A stretch of 64,000 nt of DNA from a bacterium (GTDB taxonomy: Bacteria > SAR324 > NAC60-12). Positions within the stretch are counted from its first letter, which is position 1, and each line of letters opens with the position of its first letter. The notes under the pieces are model-generated. The model was given only the letters and a program-made list of their open reading frames with translations. It was not told the DNA's origin and searched no databases. Shown here in pieces: positions 49,331 to 58,986 of the stretch. The stretch spans positions 800,001 through 864,000 of the forward strand of contig CBDBHR010000029.1 of assembly GCA_965205865.1 (NCBI GenBank), written 5' to 3'. Position numbers and translations under genes: made by a program.

Positions 49331-50041
49331 ATGAATAATAGATTTACCACCTTGCTCCTCTTTTCCTTCATGGCAGGTTTGATTTTGAATACAATTGCTC
49401 AGCATTCAGTGGCCAATGCCGAGAAAGCTCAATTTGAAATCGAGGGATTGATTTCTCCTGTCAGTCCAAAAGCTCTGACCAAAGGGCTGCTGGACAAGCT
49501 GAGGGTGAAGGTGACTGACCTGAATTTGAAAAACACGCCGAGTGGTTGGCCAGTATTGACCGTCGAATTTGATGCCGCTACTGTCAGCAAAGAAGCAATT
49601 GAATCCGCCATTGCCTCAATCGAAGATCCGGCAGGTCACCATTTTCAAGTGCGCAAAGGACCTCCACGGGTGGAAGCCCCTTTGCTCAAGGAAGAAATGG
49701 ACGCCATAGCTGTCATCCCCGCATCTGTTCCTCAGATCCCATCTCTGGAAAATCCCATTCCACGCACCAGTGAATCGGAGGCACTCGGCCAAACGCTGTA
49801 TCGAAGAAACTGTGCCAAATGCCACGGCTTGGATGGAGGGGGACAAGGCCCCAGTGCGCATGGATTCCTCAGCAATCCCCGAAAACTTTATGTCTGGTTC
49901 AATACCGACTCCTCGACGGATGGTTATTTGTTTTGGTATATAACCCAAGGGCGCAACGACATGCCTCCCTGGGGACTGGTGCTCTCGGAAGAGGAGCGCT
50001 GGCATCTGGTCAACTACGTCAAATCCATGAAACAACCTTAG
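49331..50041 (+). CDS. Periplasmic monoheme cytochrome c with an N-terminal Cys-less HMA-like domain
   Basis: Signal peptide, FEIEGLISPVS, CAKCH, distal Met in NDMPPW. Confidence 0.85.
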   Translation: MNNRFTTLLLFSFMAGLILNTIAQHSVANAEKAQFEIEGLISPVSPKALTKGLLDKLRVKVTDLNLKNTPSGWPVLTVEFDAATVSKEAIESAIASIEDPAGHHFQVRKGPPRVEAPLLKEEMDAIAVIPASVPQIPSLENPIPRTSESEALGQTLYRRNCAKCHGLDGGGQGPSAHGFLSNPRKLYVWFNTDSSTDGYLFWYITQGRNDMPPWGLVLSEEERWHLVNYVKSMKQP

Positions 50042-50090
50042 CTTCCAAGGAGGGTCTGGCTCAACAAACTAAACCTCAACGAGTTTTTAG

Positions 50091-50513
50091 ATGGAGATCG
50101 CTCGGGATATCGTGACCCAATCTTTTCACGATATGAAATTTGAAGAACTCCTTGAAGATTTGGTCAAAGAAATCGAGTTGCGTAATTATCGCATCACTCG
50201 TGTTTATAACATTGACAATATCAAAGAGCGTAAAGAATTACTGCAAGATTTCCAGGTGGAATTCGAGCATTACAAGATCGTGGAATTTTGCAATTTGACC
50301 AAATGCGCAACTTTGATTTCTTCCCATCTTTTAGTAGGCGTTTTCATGCCGCTGAAATTCGTTGTCTATCAGGAAGTCACGCAAAGCCAAGTGGAGGTTG
50401 CGTTTTTAAAACCAACTGCCTTTGCCAAGATTTTTGACTCTGCCTCTCTCACTGAGATAGCCGCAGTGTTGGAGAAAGATATGCGCTATGTACTGGAAGA
50501 AATCGATTTTTAA
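50091..50513 (+). CDS. DUF302 domain protein
   Basis: YKIVEFCN...GVFMPLK.VVY...LKP. Confidence 0.8.
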   Translation: MEIARDIVTQSFHDMKFEELLEDLVKEIELRNYRITRVYNIDNIKERKELLQDFQVEFEHYKIVEFCNLTKCATLISSHLLVGVFMPLKFVVYQEVTQSQVEVAFLKPTAFAKIFDSASLTEIAAVLEKDMRYVLEEIDF

Positions 50514-51075
50514 AATACATCTGCTGACGGGGCTTGTTTTCCTGATGATGGGGGCTTTTTGTTATACCATGGCTCAGGATTCAAAACCAAAACCCGGGGG
50601 CGATTTCACCCTGCAATCGCTACGCGGCCCCGTGTCGCTCCATGATTTTCAAGGCAAAGTGGTTTTGCTGTTTTTTGGATACACGAGTTGTCCTTCAATG
50701 TGTCCGCTTTCCCTATCGACCATGGAAAGTACTTTCTCCAAAATGCCACCGGAGACCTTGCAGAAAATACAAGCCCTTTTTATCAGCTTGGATCCGGAAG
50801 AGGACACTTTGACGAAGTTGAAACAATACACAGAATTTTTTCATCCAAATATTCTTGGTGTGACCGACCAGCCAGAAAGTATCGCTCGGGTTGCGCAACA
50901 ATATGGGGTGGTTTATGAGAGAGAATTATTGAGCCATTCAGCCCTGGGATATATCATCAATCACACAGCTGATATCTTCCTGGTCGATCCTCAAGGAAAA
51001 TTACAAGAATCGGTGGCCCATGATTCTCCCCCTCAACTGCTTCGCGAGTCTATCCATCGACTTCTTTCCCGATAA
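50488..51075 (+). CDS. SCO-family copper chaperone
   Basis: FFGYTSCPSMCP (CxxxC), SLDPEED, YIINH. Confidence 0.93.
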   Translation: MYWKKSIFKIHLLTGLVFLMMGAFCYTMAQDSKPKPGGDFTLQSLRGPVSLHDFQGKVVLLFFGYTSCPSMCPLSLSTMESTFSKMPPETLQKIQALFISLDPEEDTLTKLKQYTEFFHPNILGVTDQPESIARVAQQYGVVYERELLSHSALGYIINHTADIFLVDPQGKLQESVAHDSPPQLLRESIHRLLSR

Positions 51076-51119
51076 AGAGCCCGGACGGACTTTTAACCTT
51101 TCATTTTCAATTTCAGACT

Positions 51120-52697
51120 ATGGCTCTGTTGCGAACCTGCTTATTTTTTCCGGCAATCTGGATTGCCTTGATCATCTCTGCCCACGCTTTCGAACATGAG
51201 CATTCTCCCGTTCAATTTTTGGAATACCACCCCACCATCATTGACAATCAAAAATTCCGGAAAAAACCTTTTTATCTGCTCTTCTCAGCGCAATGGTGTC
51301 ATTGGTGTAAGATCTTTGCCAACAAGACATTGATGGATCCCAACGTACACGCCTTTCTCAATGAGAATTTTGTCAATATCTTCATTGATGCCGATATCCA
51401 CCCGACCGTTTTTAAAAAATTCAAGGCAACAGGCTGGCCCTACACAGTTTTTTTGAATCCCGATACTAGTGTTCACTATCAGTACGCGGGTACCGTTTAT
51501 CCCAAAGATTTCGTTAAAGTACTGTATGAAGTCAAGCAAAATGTAGACGAAGGACGGACGATCCCCGGGTTTGAAACGATTGCTTATGAATATGATCCTC
51601 CCAAAGAATTGGAAAAGGAAAGAATGCAGTCGTTCCAGGAATTGTTTCAGCAAACGATTTTGGAGAATTTTGACCTGAGCGAAGGAGGGATCGGCAAAAA
51701 AGAAAAAGCCATTTTTCCCGGAACCCTTCTCTATCTGTTGGACACGGCCAATGCGGAAGACCGGGCTGAGGTCATCGAGTCGATCCACCTGACTTTGAAG
51801 AAAGCAATCCTGCGCATCTATGATCCCATTGAAGGAGGATTTTTCCGCTATGCGGAGAAACGGGAGTGGCAAATCCCACATTATGAAAAAATGGCGGATT
51901 TGAATGCGGGAAATATTTTGCTTCTTTACAAAATGGCGCGCGAGACTAAAGATGCCGAATTGAAGAAAATCGCAGACCAAACGCTGAAATATCTGGTCAC
52001 GACTCTCTTTGATTCAAAGACCGGTATCTTTTTGAGCTTCCAAGAAGCCGACACGCATTACTATTTCTTTGATGCCAAGCAACGAAAAACCATGCAAGCT
52101 CCCTTCGTGATTCAAAAGGTCTTTGTCAACCGTGTGGCTCCTACGCTCGACTATCTGATCGATGTCCTTGAATATTCTGATGGATTTGCTCTTGAACATA
52201 AAATAAAACAATCTCTTGATTTGCTGGCATCGATGATCCGGCAAAATGATCGACTCTCCCACTATTACTCGGTGACCCGGAACAAATGGATGGGTGAAAG
52301 CCGGCTGGCGAATTATGCGTACTTGGCATATTTATTCCAGAAAGCCGCCACTCGTTTTGAAAATCCCCATTTTGAGGAAACGGCATTGATAGTTTTGCAA
52401 TCAACCAAGAACCAGTTTTTTGACCGAGACCTGCGTATTTTTGCTGATAGTCTTTCCCTGCATTGGGGAGATATTGAATATCACATGGAAATGAACGGTT
52501 TCCTGGCGCAAATGCTCTTGCATACCAAAAAAGTGAGCAACAGCAGAGCGGCTGAAGGGCTGCTGACCTATTTTCTCGCCATGGATGAATATCTCGAAGA
52601 ACAAGCCTGGGATGCTCGTGAATGGGAATTTCTGGAACGCTATGTTCCTTATCTGAAAGCGCTCGGACTGCGCAATGAAAAAGCAAAAAACCGATGA
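51120..52697 (+). CDS. Secreted thioredoxin (DUF255) + alpha/alpha-barrel protein (YyaL/SPATA20-like)
   Basis: Signal peptide, WCHWC, GWP.TVFL, GGFFRY...W.IPHYEKM. Confidence 0.8.
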   Translation: MALLRTCLFFPAIWIALIISAHAFEHEHSPVQFLEYHPTIIDNQKFRKKPFYLLFSAQWCHWCKIFANKTLMDPNVHAFLNENFVNIFIDADIHPTVFKKFKATGWPYTVFLNPDTSVHYQYAGTVYPKDFVKVLYEVKQNVDEGRTIPGFETIAYEYDPPKELEKERMQSFQELFQQTILENFDLSEGGIGKKEKAIFPGTLLYLLDTANAEDRAEVIESIHLTLKKAILRIYDPIEGGFFRYAEKREWQIPHYEKMADLNAGNILLLYKMARETKDAELKKIADQTLKYLVTTLFDSKTGIFLSFQEADTHYYFFDAKQRKTMQAPFVIQKVFVNRVAPTLDYLIDVLEYSDGFALEHKIKQSLDLLASMIRQNDRLSHYYSVTRNKWMGESRLANYAYLAYLFQKAATRFENPHFEETALIVLQSTKNQFFDRDLRIFADSLSLHWGDIEYHMEMNGFLAQMLLHTKKVSNSRAAEGLLTYFLAMDEYLEEQAWDAREWEFLERYVPYLKALGLRNEKAKNR

Positions 52698-52766
52698 TTG
52701 TAAAGGTTTCCCTCTCCCGGATCAAAAATAATCAAAAGGCGATATTGCAAAGAGAAAAAATATATT

Positions 52767-52795
52767 TTGACATTTGGGTTTTCATTAATTAGAGT
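52767..52795 (+). promoter_or_regulatory. Sigma70-type promoter for the Mo-hydroxylase operon
   Basis: TTGACA-17 nt-TAGAGT. Confidence 0.55.
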
Positions 52796-52990
52796 ACCTG
52801 ATTGAAAACCTTATCAGACTGTATTCAACTACGATCGAAGGTTTTTTAGTCGCAAAGATTTAGCGATTTGCTGCGTTCTTTTTGTCCTGCTCCCGGATTC
52901 TCAGTCTCGATGCTCATTGTCGAGGGCAATAAGTTGGGTAGCGATCTGTAAAAATCTTCGTTTCAAGAGACATCATTTTAGGAGAAATGA

Positions 52991-53845
52991 ATGAAATATG
53001 TAGCACCAAAATCAGTCGAGGAGGCACTTGCTCTACTTGGTACGGAACCAGACTATTGTGTGTTCGCCGGAGCAACTGATATTGTCCCACAGATGCGAGC
53101 GGGACGACCCGAACCGAAACTGATGGTTAATCTGAAGAGCATCCCGGACTTGATTGGTATGGAATGCGAAAATGGCGCATGGACCGTAGGGGCCGCTACG
53201 CCAGTGGCCTCTATCCATGGAAGCGCGGACTTTCAGGCGGATTTCCCGGGGATTGCTGAATCCAGTGGACTGATCGGTTCCGATCAGATCCAAAACAGGG
53301 CTAGTTGGGGAGGTAATGTTTGCAATGCGTCTCCGGGAGCAGACACCGTACCGGCTTTAATCGTCAATGACGCGCAAGCCGTGATTGCAACCAATGGAGG
53401 CACTCGCGCGATACCCGTGTCCGAGGTGGCCACTGGCCCGGGGCAGACGTCGCTGGCATCAGGTGAGTTTGTCGTCGAATTTAAAATTGAACGCCCGTCT
53501 CCGCGCACCTCTGATGCCTATGAGCGGTTTATTCCCCGCACGGAGATGGATATCGCAGTCGTTGATGCGGCAGCGAGGATTACGCTGGATGAGAATGATC
53601 ATTGCAAAGAGGCAACAATCGCTGTTGGTGCGGCAGCCCCCACTATCGTTCGAGTACCAGCGGCTGAGGATGCGCTGCGGGGTCAGCCTATCAACGATCA
53701 GACATTGGCCGCCGTCGGTGCCGCCGCCAGTGCCGCATGTAGCCCAATCAATGATAAACGAGGTACCATTGAATATCGTACTCAGGTCGCTGGGGTTCTA
53801 GCGAAACGGGTTGTCAAATTAGCAGCGGAACGTGCACGCAAATGA
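52991..53845 (+). CDS. Xanthine-dehydrogenase-family FAD subunit (CoxM-like)
   Basis: AGATD, QIQNRASWGGNVCNASP, D.RG..EYR. Confidence 0.92.
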   Translation: MKYVAPKSVEEALALLGTEPDYCVFAGATDIVPQMRAGRPEPKLMVNLKSIPDLIGMECENGAWTVGAATPVASIHGSADFQADFPGIAESSGLIGSDQIQNRASWGGNVCNASPGADTVPALIVNDAQAVIATNGGTRAIPVSEVATGPGQTSLASGEFVVEFKIERPSPRTSDAYERFIPRTEMDIAVVDAAARITLDENDHCKEATIAVGAAAPTIVRVPAAEDALRGQPINDQTLAAVGAAASAACSPINDKRGTIEYRTQVAGVLAKRVVKLAAERARK

Positions 53846-53855
53846 GGAGAATAGT

Positions 53856-54332
53856 ATGAATCGAACACATGTAGTATGTAATATTAATGGCGACGAGGTC
53901 GAGTTTCTTTGTGATGACGATGAATCATTGCTCGATGCGTTGCGCGACGAAGTTGGACTAACAGGGGCAAAGGAAGGCTGCGGTACCGGAGACTGTGGCG
54001 CTTGTTCAATAATTTTCGATGGCCTCTTGATTTGTTCATGCCTGGCATTTGCTCCCGAAGCAAATGGCGCGCACATTGAAACAGTCGAAGGAATGGCCGA
54101 CGGGGAGACGCTCCATCCCTTGCAAACAGCTTTTCTCGAAGGAGCCGCTCTGCAATGTGGGGTTTGTACTCCGGGATTTCTCGTTGCTGCCAAAGCATTG
54201 CTCGAGCGCAATTCCGATCCCACGGAAACCGAAATTCGTTATGCCCTGGCTGGCAATCTTTGCCGTTGTACCGGATATGACAAAATCGTGCGCTCGGTGA
54301 TTGATGCCGCCGCACAAATGAATAACGCATAA
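53856..54332 (+). CDS. Xanthine-dehydrogenase-family 2x[2Fe-2S] subunit (CoxS-like)
   Basis: GCGTGDCGAC, QCGVCTPG, NLCRCTGY. Confidence 0.95.
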   Translation: MNRTHVVCNINGDEVEFLCDDDESLLDALRDEVGLTGAKEGCGTGDCGACSIIFDGLLICSCLAFAPEANGAHIETVEGMADGETLHPLQTAFLEGAALQCGVCTPGFLVAAKALLERNSDPTETEIRYALAGNLCRCTGYDKIVRSVIDAAAQMNNA

Positions 54333-54349
54333 AGGAAAGGGGAAATATT

Positions 54350-56602
54350 ATGACAATTGCTAATGAAACTTCTGAAACCAAAACCCCCTATAAATGGATC
54401 GGAACCCGACCCGTACGACACGATGGGTTGGAAAAAGTGACCGGTCGTGCCCGCTTTGCCGCGGATATGATCATGCCCAGGATGATCCATGGTCACGTCT
54501 TACGCTCCCCTCATGCCCATGCGCGTATTCTTTCCATCGATACGACGGAAGCGGAAGCCATGGCCGGAGTGAGAGCCATCGTCACAGGCAAGGATTTTCC
54601 GGATCCGAATCCCTCGGACAACGTTTCACGCAATTTGATGGCACGCGACAAGGTGCGCTATGAAGGGCAGGTAGTGGCCGCCGTGGCTGCCAATACTCGT
54701 CGTCAGGCCAAAGCGGCTGCCGAGAAGATCGCGATTGAATACGAAGTACTGGGTCATGTAATAACCGTCGATGAAGCCATGGCCGATGACGCGCCTTTGC
54801 TCCACGAAAACTTGATAACCAAGGGTGTCGACCCGGTTCCCACCAAACCCTCTAACATTGCCAACCGGTCTCACTACGAGCGTGGTGACCTCGAAGCTGG
54901 TTTTGCAGAGGCAGACGTGGTGTATGAGCACGAGTTTACCACCAAGGTTGTTCATCAAGGCTATATTGAACCACACGCCGCCGTTGCCGATACCGGCACA
55001 GACGGTCGCTCGACCATTTGGTGCTCCTCTCAGGGACATTTTCGGGTCCGTTCCCAGACCGCGAAAATGTTAGGTTGGGAAACTTCCCAAATCAAAGTGA
55101 TCCCGGCCGAGATTGGAGGAGGATTTGGTGGCAAAACCACCATATATCTCGAACCACTGGCAGTGAGGCTCTCTGAGCTTGCGAAGCGGCCGGTAAAAAT
55201 CGTCATGAGTCGTGATGAAGTCTTTCGAGCAACCGGACCCACCCCCGGTACGCGGGTTAAGGTCAAACTTGGAGCTCGTAAGGACGGCACGCTTGTGGCG
55301 GGTAAAGCCTGGCTCGCATATGAGAGTGGGGCCTTCCCTGGAATTTGGGGAATGCTGGGCGCCTGGTGTGTCTTTGCGCCTTACAAAATCCCCAACTTTA
55401 AAATCGAAGCCTTTGAGGTAGTGGTCAATAAACCCGTCAATGTCGCCTATCGAGCTCCGTCAGCGCCTATGGCTGCCTTTGCTACGGAGACCGTTCTTGA
55501 CCAGATCGCTTGCGAGATAAAAATGGATCCAATCGATTTGCGATTGCTCAATGCGGCGGAGGAAGGCCATCAGAGGCCGGAAGGGCCGATATACGGACCG
55601 ATAGGGCTCAAGGCAACCTTGGAAGCCATTCGCGACCATCCCCATTACAAAGCGCCGTTGGCTCCCAATCAAGGACGTGGGGTCGCGACCGGGTTTTGGT
55701 TCAACATCGCGGAATCTTCAAGCGCGACGGTTAATCTTACCGAAAATGGCACTGCAGTCGTGGTCACCGGTAGTCCGGATATTGGCGGCAGTCGCGCTTC
55801 AATGGCACTCTTTGCCGCCGAAGAGCTCGGCATCGACGTCAAACTGATTCAACCCGTCGTGGGCGATACCGAATCCGTTGGCTTCACTGATGTTACCGAG
55901 GGAAGTCGCGCCACTTTCGCCACAGGATGGGCGGTAGTGGAAGCCTGTCGTAAACTCGTTGTTCAACTGCGGGAACGAGCGGCTATCATGTGGGACTGCA
56001 ATGTCGATGAGGTTGAATGGATCGATGGCAGTGCCTACCATACTGGCAAAAATGAGCCACCGCTCTCACTGGCAGAGATCACTGGCGCAGCGAAACAGAC
56101 CGGAGGTCCGCTCACGGCAACGGGTTCTCTCGAGGCCAAAGGCCAAGGTCCGGCCTTTTCCTCTCATATCTGTGACCTTGAAGTCGATCCTGAAACAGGA
56201 AGGGTCACCATTGTGAGATACACCACGGCTCAGGATGCCGGCACGGCCATTCATCCCAGTTATGTGGAAGGACAAATGCAAGGAGGAGTGGCGCAGGCCA
56301 TTGGCTGGGCGCTCAATGAGGAATATATCCATGACGACAAAGGAGTTATGGAAAACCCGAGTTTTCTGGATTATCGTATTCCTGTTGCTTCGGATCTTCC
56401 CATGATCGAAACGATCATTGTCGAAGTACCCAATCCCAATCATCCTTATGGGGTGCGAGGAGTTGGTGAGGTGGGCATTGTGCCTCCTATTCCTGCGATT
56501 GCAAACGCCATCTCTGATGCGGTTGGAGTACGTTTGCGCGATCTTCCCATGTCTCCGGTCGCGCTTCTCGATGCATTGAACAAACACAACGGCGCTGGCT
56601 GA
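54350..56602 (+). CDS. Xanthine-dehydrogenase-family molybdopterin subunit (not form I CODH)
   Basis: RSPHAHA, GGGFGGK, AYRAP, EGQMQGG, RGVGE. Confidence 0.93.
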   Translation: MTIANETSETKTPYKWIGTRPVRHDGLEKVTGRARFAADMIMPRMIHGHVLRSPHAHARILSIDTTEAEAMAGVRAIVTGKDFPDPNPSDNVSRNLMARDKVRYEGQVVAAVAANTRRQAKAAAEKIAIEYEVLGHVITVDEAMADDAPLLHENLITKGVDPVPTKPSNIANRSHYERGDLEAGFAEADVVYEHEFTTKVVHQGYIEPHAAVADTGTDGRSTIWCSSQGHFRVRSQTAKMLGWETSQIKVIPAEIGGGFGGKTTIYLEPLAVRLSELAKRPVKIVMSRDEVFRATGPTPGTRVKVKLGARKDGTLVAGKAWLAYESGAFPGIWGMLGAWCVFAPYKIPNFKIEAFEVVVNKPVNVAYRAPSAPMAAFATETVLDQIACEIKMDPIDLRLLNAAEEGHQRPEGPIYGPIGLKATLEAIRDHPHYKAPLAPNQGRGVATGFWFNIAESSSATVNLTENGTAVVVTGSPDIGGSRASMALFAAEELGIDVKLIQPVVGDTESVGFTDVTEGSRATFATGWAVVEACRKLVVQLRERAAIMWDCNVDEVEWIDGSAYHTGKNEPPLSLAEITGAAKQTGGPLTATGSLEAKGQGPAFSSHICDLEVDPETGRVTIVRYTTAQDAGTAIHPSYVEGQMQGGVAQAIGWALNEEYIHDDKGVMENPSFLDYRIPVASDLPMIETIIVEVPNPNHPYGVRGVGEVGIVPPIPAIANAISDAVGVRLRDLPMSPVALLDALNKHNGAG

Positions 56603-56847
56603 TGGTTCGAGTCATTCTTGCATCAAATCTGCAAAGCTTCACCGATGGGGTTGAAGTAGTCGAAGTGCAAGCCTCTTCGGTGAAGTCACTTGTAAAAGAA
56701 CTCGACCGGCGCTACCCTGGTATCGCCAATGCGCTCAAATCCGGCTTTGCTGTCGCCATCAACGGCGAAGTCGTCGCCCACCCCACCTATGAACGGATCC
56801 CTGAAGGTGCGGAAGTTCACGTCCTTTCTGCAATCCAGGGGGGGTAG
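56602..56847 (+). CDS. MoaD/ThiS ubiquitin-like sulfur carrier
   Basis: Beta-grasp pattern AVAINGE and C-terminal IQGG. Confidence 0.88.
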   Translation: MVRVILASNLQSFTDGVEVVEVQASSVKSLVKELDRRYPGIANALKSGFAVAINGEVVAHPTYERIPEGAEVHVLSAIQGG

Positions 56848-56865
56848 TTTCGCGGGGGTCTGTTT

Positions 56866-57294
56866 TTATCCTGAAAGGTTGCCCCAACTGGCAACCTTCA
56901 ACATTCTGATCGCAATGACAGGAAGATCATTCAACACCATGGCTTCATATTGCGGATATCGCTGTTTCAGTAATTCCTGAGCATGGTCATGTTCAACACC
57001 ATTCTCGAGGATTTCTGCGCGACCCTGCAACATTACCCATCCCAATTGTGACCAGTCGGTATCGTCATAGTGGTCAGCAACAAGAGCGACTTGTGGATTT
57101 TCCCGGATATTGCGAATTCTCTTCAGTATACGGTTTGTATTTTGCTTTGGTTTTTTATCTACGGTGATGTAAGCCGTGTTTCCATGCAGCGTAAAACAAA
57201 CGGGTACAACATGTGGCTGGCATTGGAAATTTGCGGTGGCCAAGCGGGCCACTCGCCGGGTTTCTAAAAATTGGGATTCCTTTTCTGTGAGCAT
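56866..57294 (-). CDS. PPOX-class (putative F420/FMN-dependent) oxidoreductase
   Basis: RVARLAT..PHVVPVCF..VDKKPK..KR.RNI..NP..DHY..DWSQLGWV. Confidence 0.85.
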   Translation of the reverse strand: MLTEKESQFLETRRVARLATANFQCQPHVVPVCFTLHGNTAYITVDKKPKQNTNRILKRIRNIRENPQVALVADHYDDTDWSQLGWVMLQGRAEILENGVEHDHAQELLKQRYPQYEAMVLNDLPVIAIRMLKVASWGNLSG

Positions 57295-57468
57295 GGAATG
57301 ATGCCAATGATTGTAGAAAAGACTTGGGACGGTTTTTAAAAGAATTATTCGACCATAAACGAAATTCAAGAAAAATTGAAGAAATGATGGTGGATTGTTT
57401 CAATTGCTTGTGAGAAAAAATGTTTTTCAGGCTGCTTACGAATCATCCAAACCTCGAAAGGAGAAGAG

Positions 57469-57942
57469 ATGTTAAATGCTTTTATGACTGGATTGCTCCA
57501 GATAGTTGTTTATTTCAGTATTGGATTGATTGCCCTCATGCTGGGGCGGAAATTCTTTGATTGGATCACTTCCTATGATTTGACCCATGAGACCTCGGAA
57601 AAGGACAATCGCGCGGTTTCCTGCGCGGAAGCCGGATTTTATATTGGGATCGCCATTATTATCCACGCTTCAGTGGCAGGAGAAGTCAATTATGCTTTGT
57701 TTCCATTTTTAGAGGGAGAGACCCCGAGTATCTGGGCAATTCTGGCTGCTGAACTGATCACAACGGTGCTTTATTTTTTAGCAGGGATCATCTGTCTGGG
57801 ATTGGGACGCAAGGGGCTGCACAAAATCATTCCCTACGATATGGACAAAGAAATGGTGGAAGACCGTAATGTCGGTGTGGGATTACTGGAAGCAGGCTTT
57901 TACGTGTCTTCCGCAATTATCATACATGGCATTCTCATTTGA
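57469..57942 (+). CDS. DUF350-family membrane protein
   Basis: Two internal repeats I.(P/S)YD...E...N.AV...AG.Y. Confidence 0.8.
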   Translation: MLNAFMTGLLQIVVYFSIGLIALMLGRKFFDWITSYDLTHETSEKDNRAVSCAEAGFYIGIAIIIHASVAGEVNYALFPFLEGETPSIWAILAAELITTVLYFLAGIICLGLGRKGLHKIIPYDMDKEMVEDRNVGVGLLEAGFYVSSAIIIHGILI

Positions 57943-57961
57943 TGGAAAAGAGGAAACGCAT

Positions 57962-58201
57962 TCAGTTCTTTTGAATGAAAAAGACATGCGCGTTTCCTTC
58001 CACCTCCGTTTTGAGAATTGAATTCCCGGTACGAGTACTCCAGGTTCTCATGTCACTGATGAAGCCCGGATCCGTCGAAGCCATTTTCAGCACTTGTCCG
58101 GGGGATAACTTGGACAACGCCTTTTTTGTTTGCAGCGCGGGCATCGGACAAGTGAGATTTCGGCAATCCAAATACTGATCAAAGTTCATATCTTGCCGCA
58201 T
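57962..58201 (-). CDS. tusA: TusA-family sulfurtransferase
   Basis: LDCRNLTCPMP...TDPG..SD. Confidence 0.92.
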   Translation of the reverse strand: MRQDMNFDQYLDCRNLTCPMPALQTKKALSKLSPGQVLKMASTDPGFISDMRTWSTRTGNSILKTEVEGNAHVFFIQKN

Positions 58202-58250
58202 TGACTTTTCTCCTTGCCAAATGGCATTTTACGTTGCTGATTGTTTTTTT

Positions 58251-58970
58251 TCAAAGATCGGTATGTAGCCCGCATTCTGTTTTTTCACACTGATTCCACC
58301 GGTCCTCTCTTCCATTGATTCCCACACCCTTTGTGCAGGGAACACATCCCAGGCTTTGATCTTTTCCTGAAATATGGAGAGGATGGACAGGGATTCGCTT
58401 TTTTTTCATATAAGTAAAAACTTCGTCGGAAGTCCAATCCAGGAAGGGATGGAGTTTATATATTTCCTTTTTTGTCAAGATGGCACGCGCAAAGCTGCTT
58501 CTCTGATGGGTCTGACTTTTGCGCACCGCGGAAATCCACGCCCGAACGCCATACTGGTTGATATAGTCTTCCAGTGGTTGAACTTTATTCATGGCACAGC
58601 ACAAATCGGGATTGGACAAGTACAATCTCCCATGTTTTTTTAAAAAATCCTCTTTTGTGAGTTTTGGCAATGCTTCCACGAAATCCAGTTTCCTATAATT
58701 TGCTTTCAAGGTCTCGAAGTAATCCAGGGTTTCCTGAAACAAGAAACCGGTGTTGACAAAAACGACGCGGATGGGCAATTCGAGTTCGGACAAAAAATGA
58801 ACCAGCACTCCTGAGCTGATACCGCAGGAGGTCGTAGCGATTAATTTGTCACCGAAAATATCATAGGCTTCCCGAATGAGCCGCGCCGTATCCAGGTGAT
58901 TGAGTTTGCGCAATACAGCCTGTATTTGCGTAAAGTGCTCGCCAATCGGCATTTGATTCGACATGTTCAT
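58251..58970 (-). CDS. cysH: APS/PAPS reductase (4Fe-4S type)
   Basis: NTGFLFQET, DLCC, SLGCVPCT, KTECGLH. Confidence 0.92.
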   Translation of the reverse strand: MNMSNQMPIGEHFTQIQAVLRKLNHLDTARLIREAYDIFGDKLIATTSCGISSGVLVHFLSELELPIRVVFVNTGFLFQETLDYFETLKANYRKLDFVEALPKLTKEDFLKKHGRLYLSNPDLCCAMNKVQPLEDYINQYGVRAWISAVRKSQTHQRSSFARAILTKKEIYKLHPFLDWTSDEVFTYMKKKRIPVHPLHISGKDQSLGCVPCTKGVGINGREDRWNQCEKTECGLHTDL

Positions 58971-58986
58971 GACTTCCATTTTGGCT

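Noticed and set aside
54350-56602. Aerobic CO dehydrogenase (coxMSL)
   Set aside because: The gene order fits, but the active-site loop is AYRAP, not AYxCSFR, and no coxDEFG genes are adjacent.
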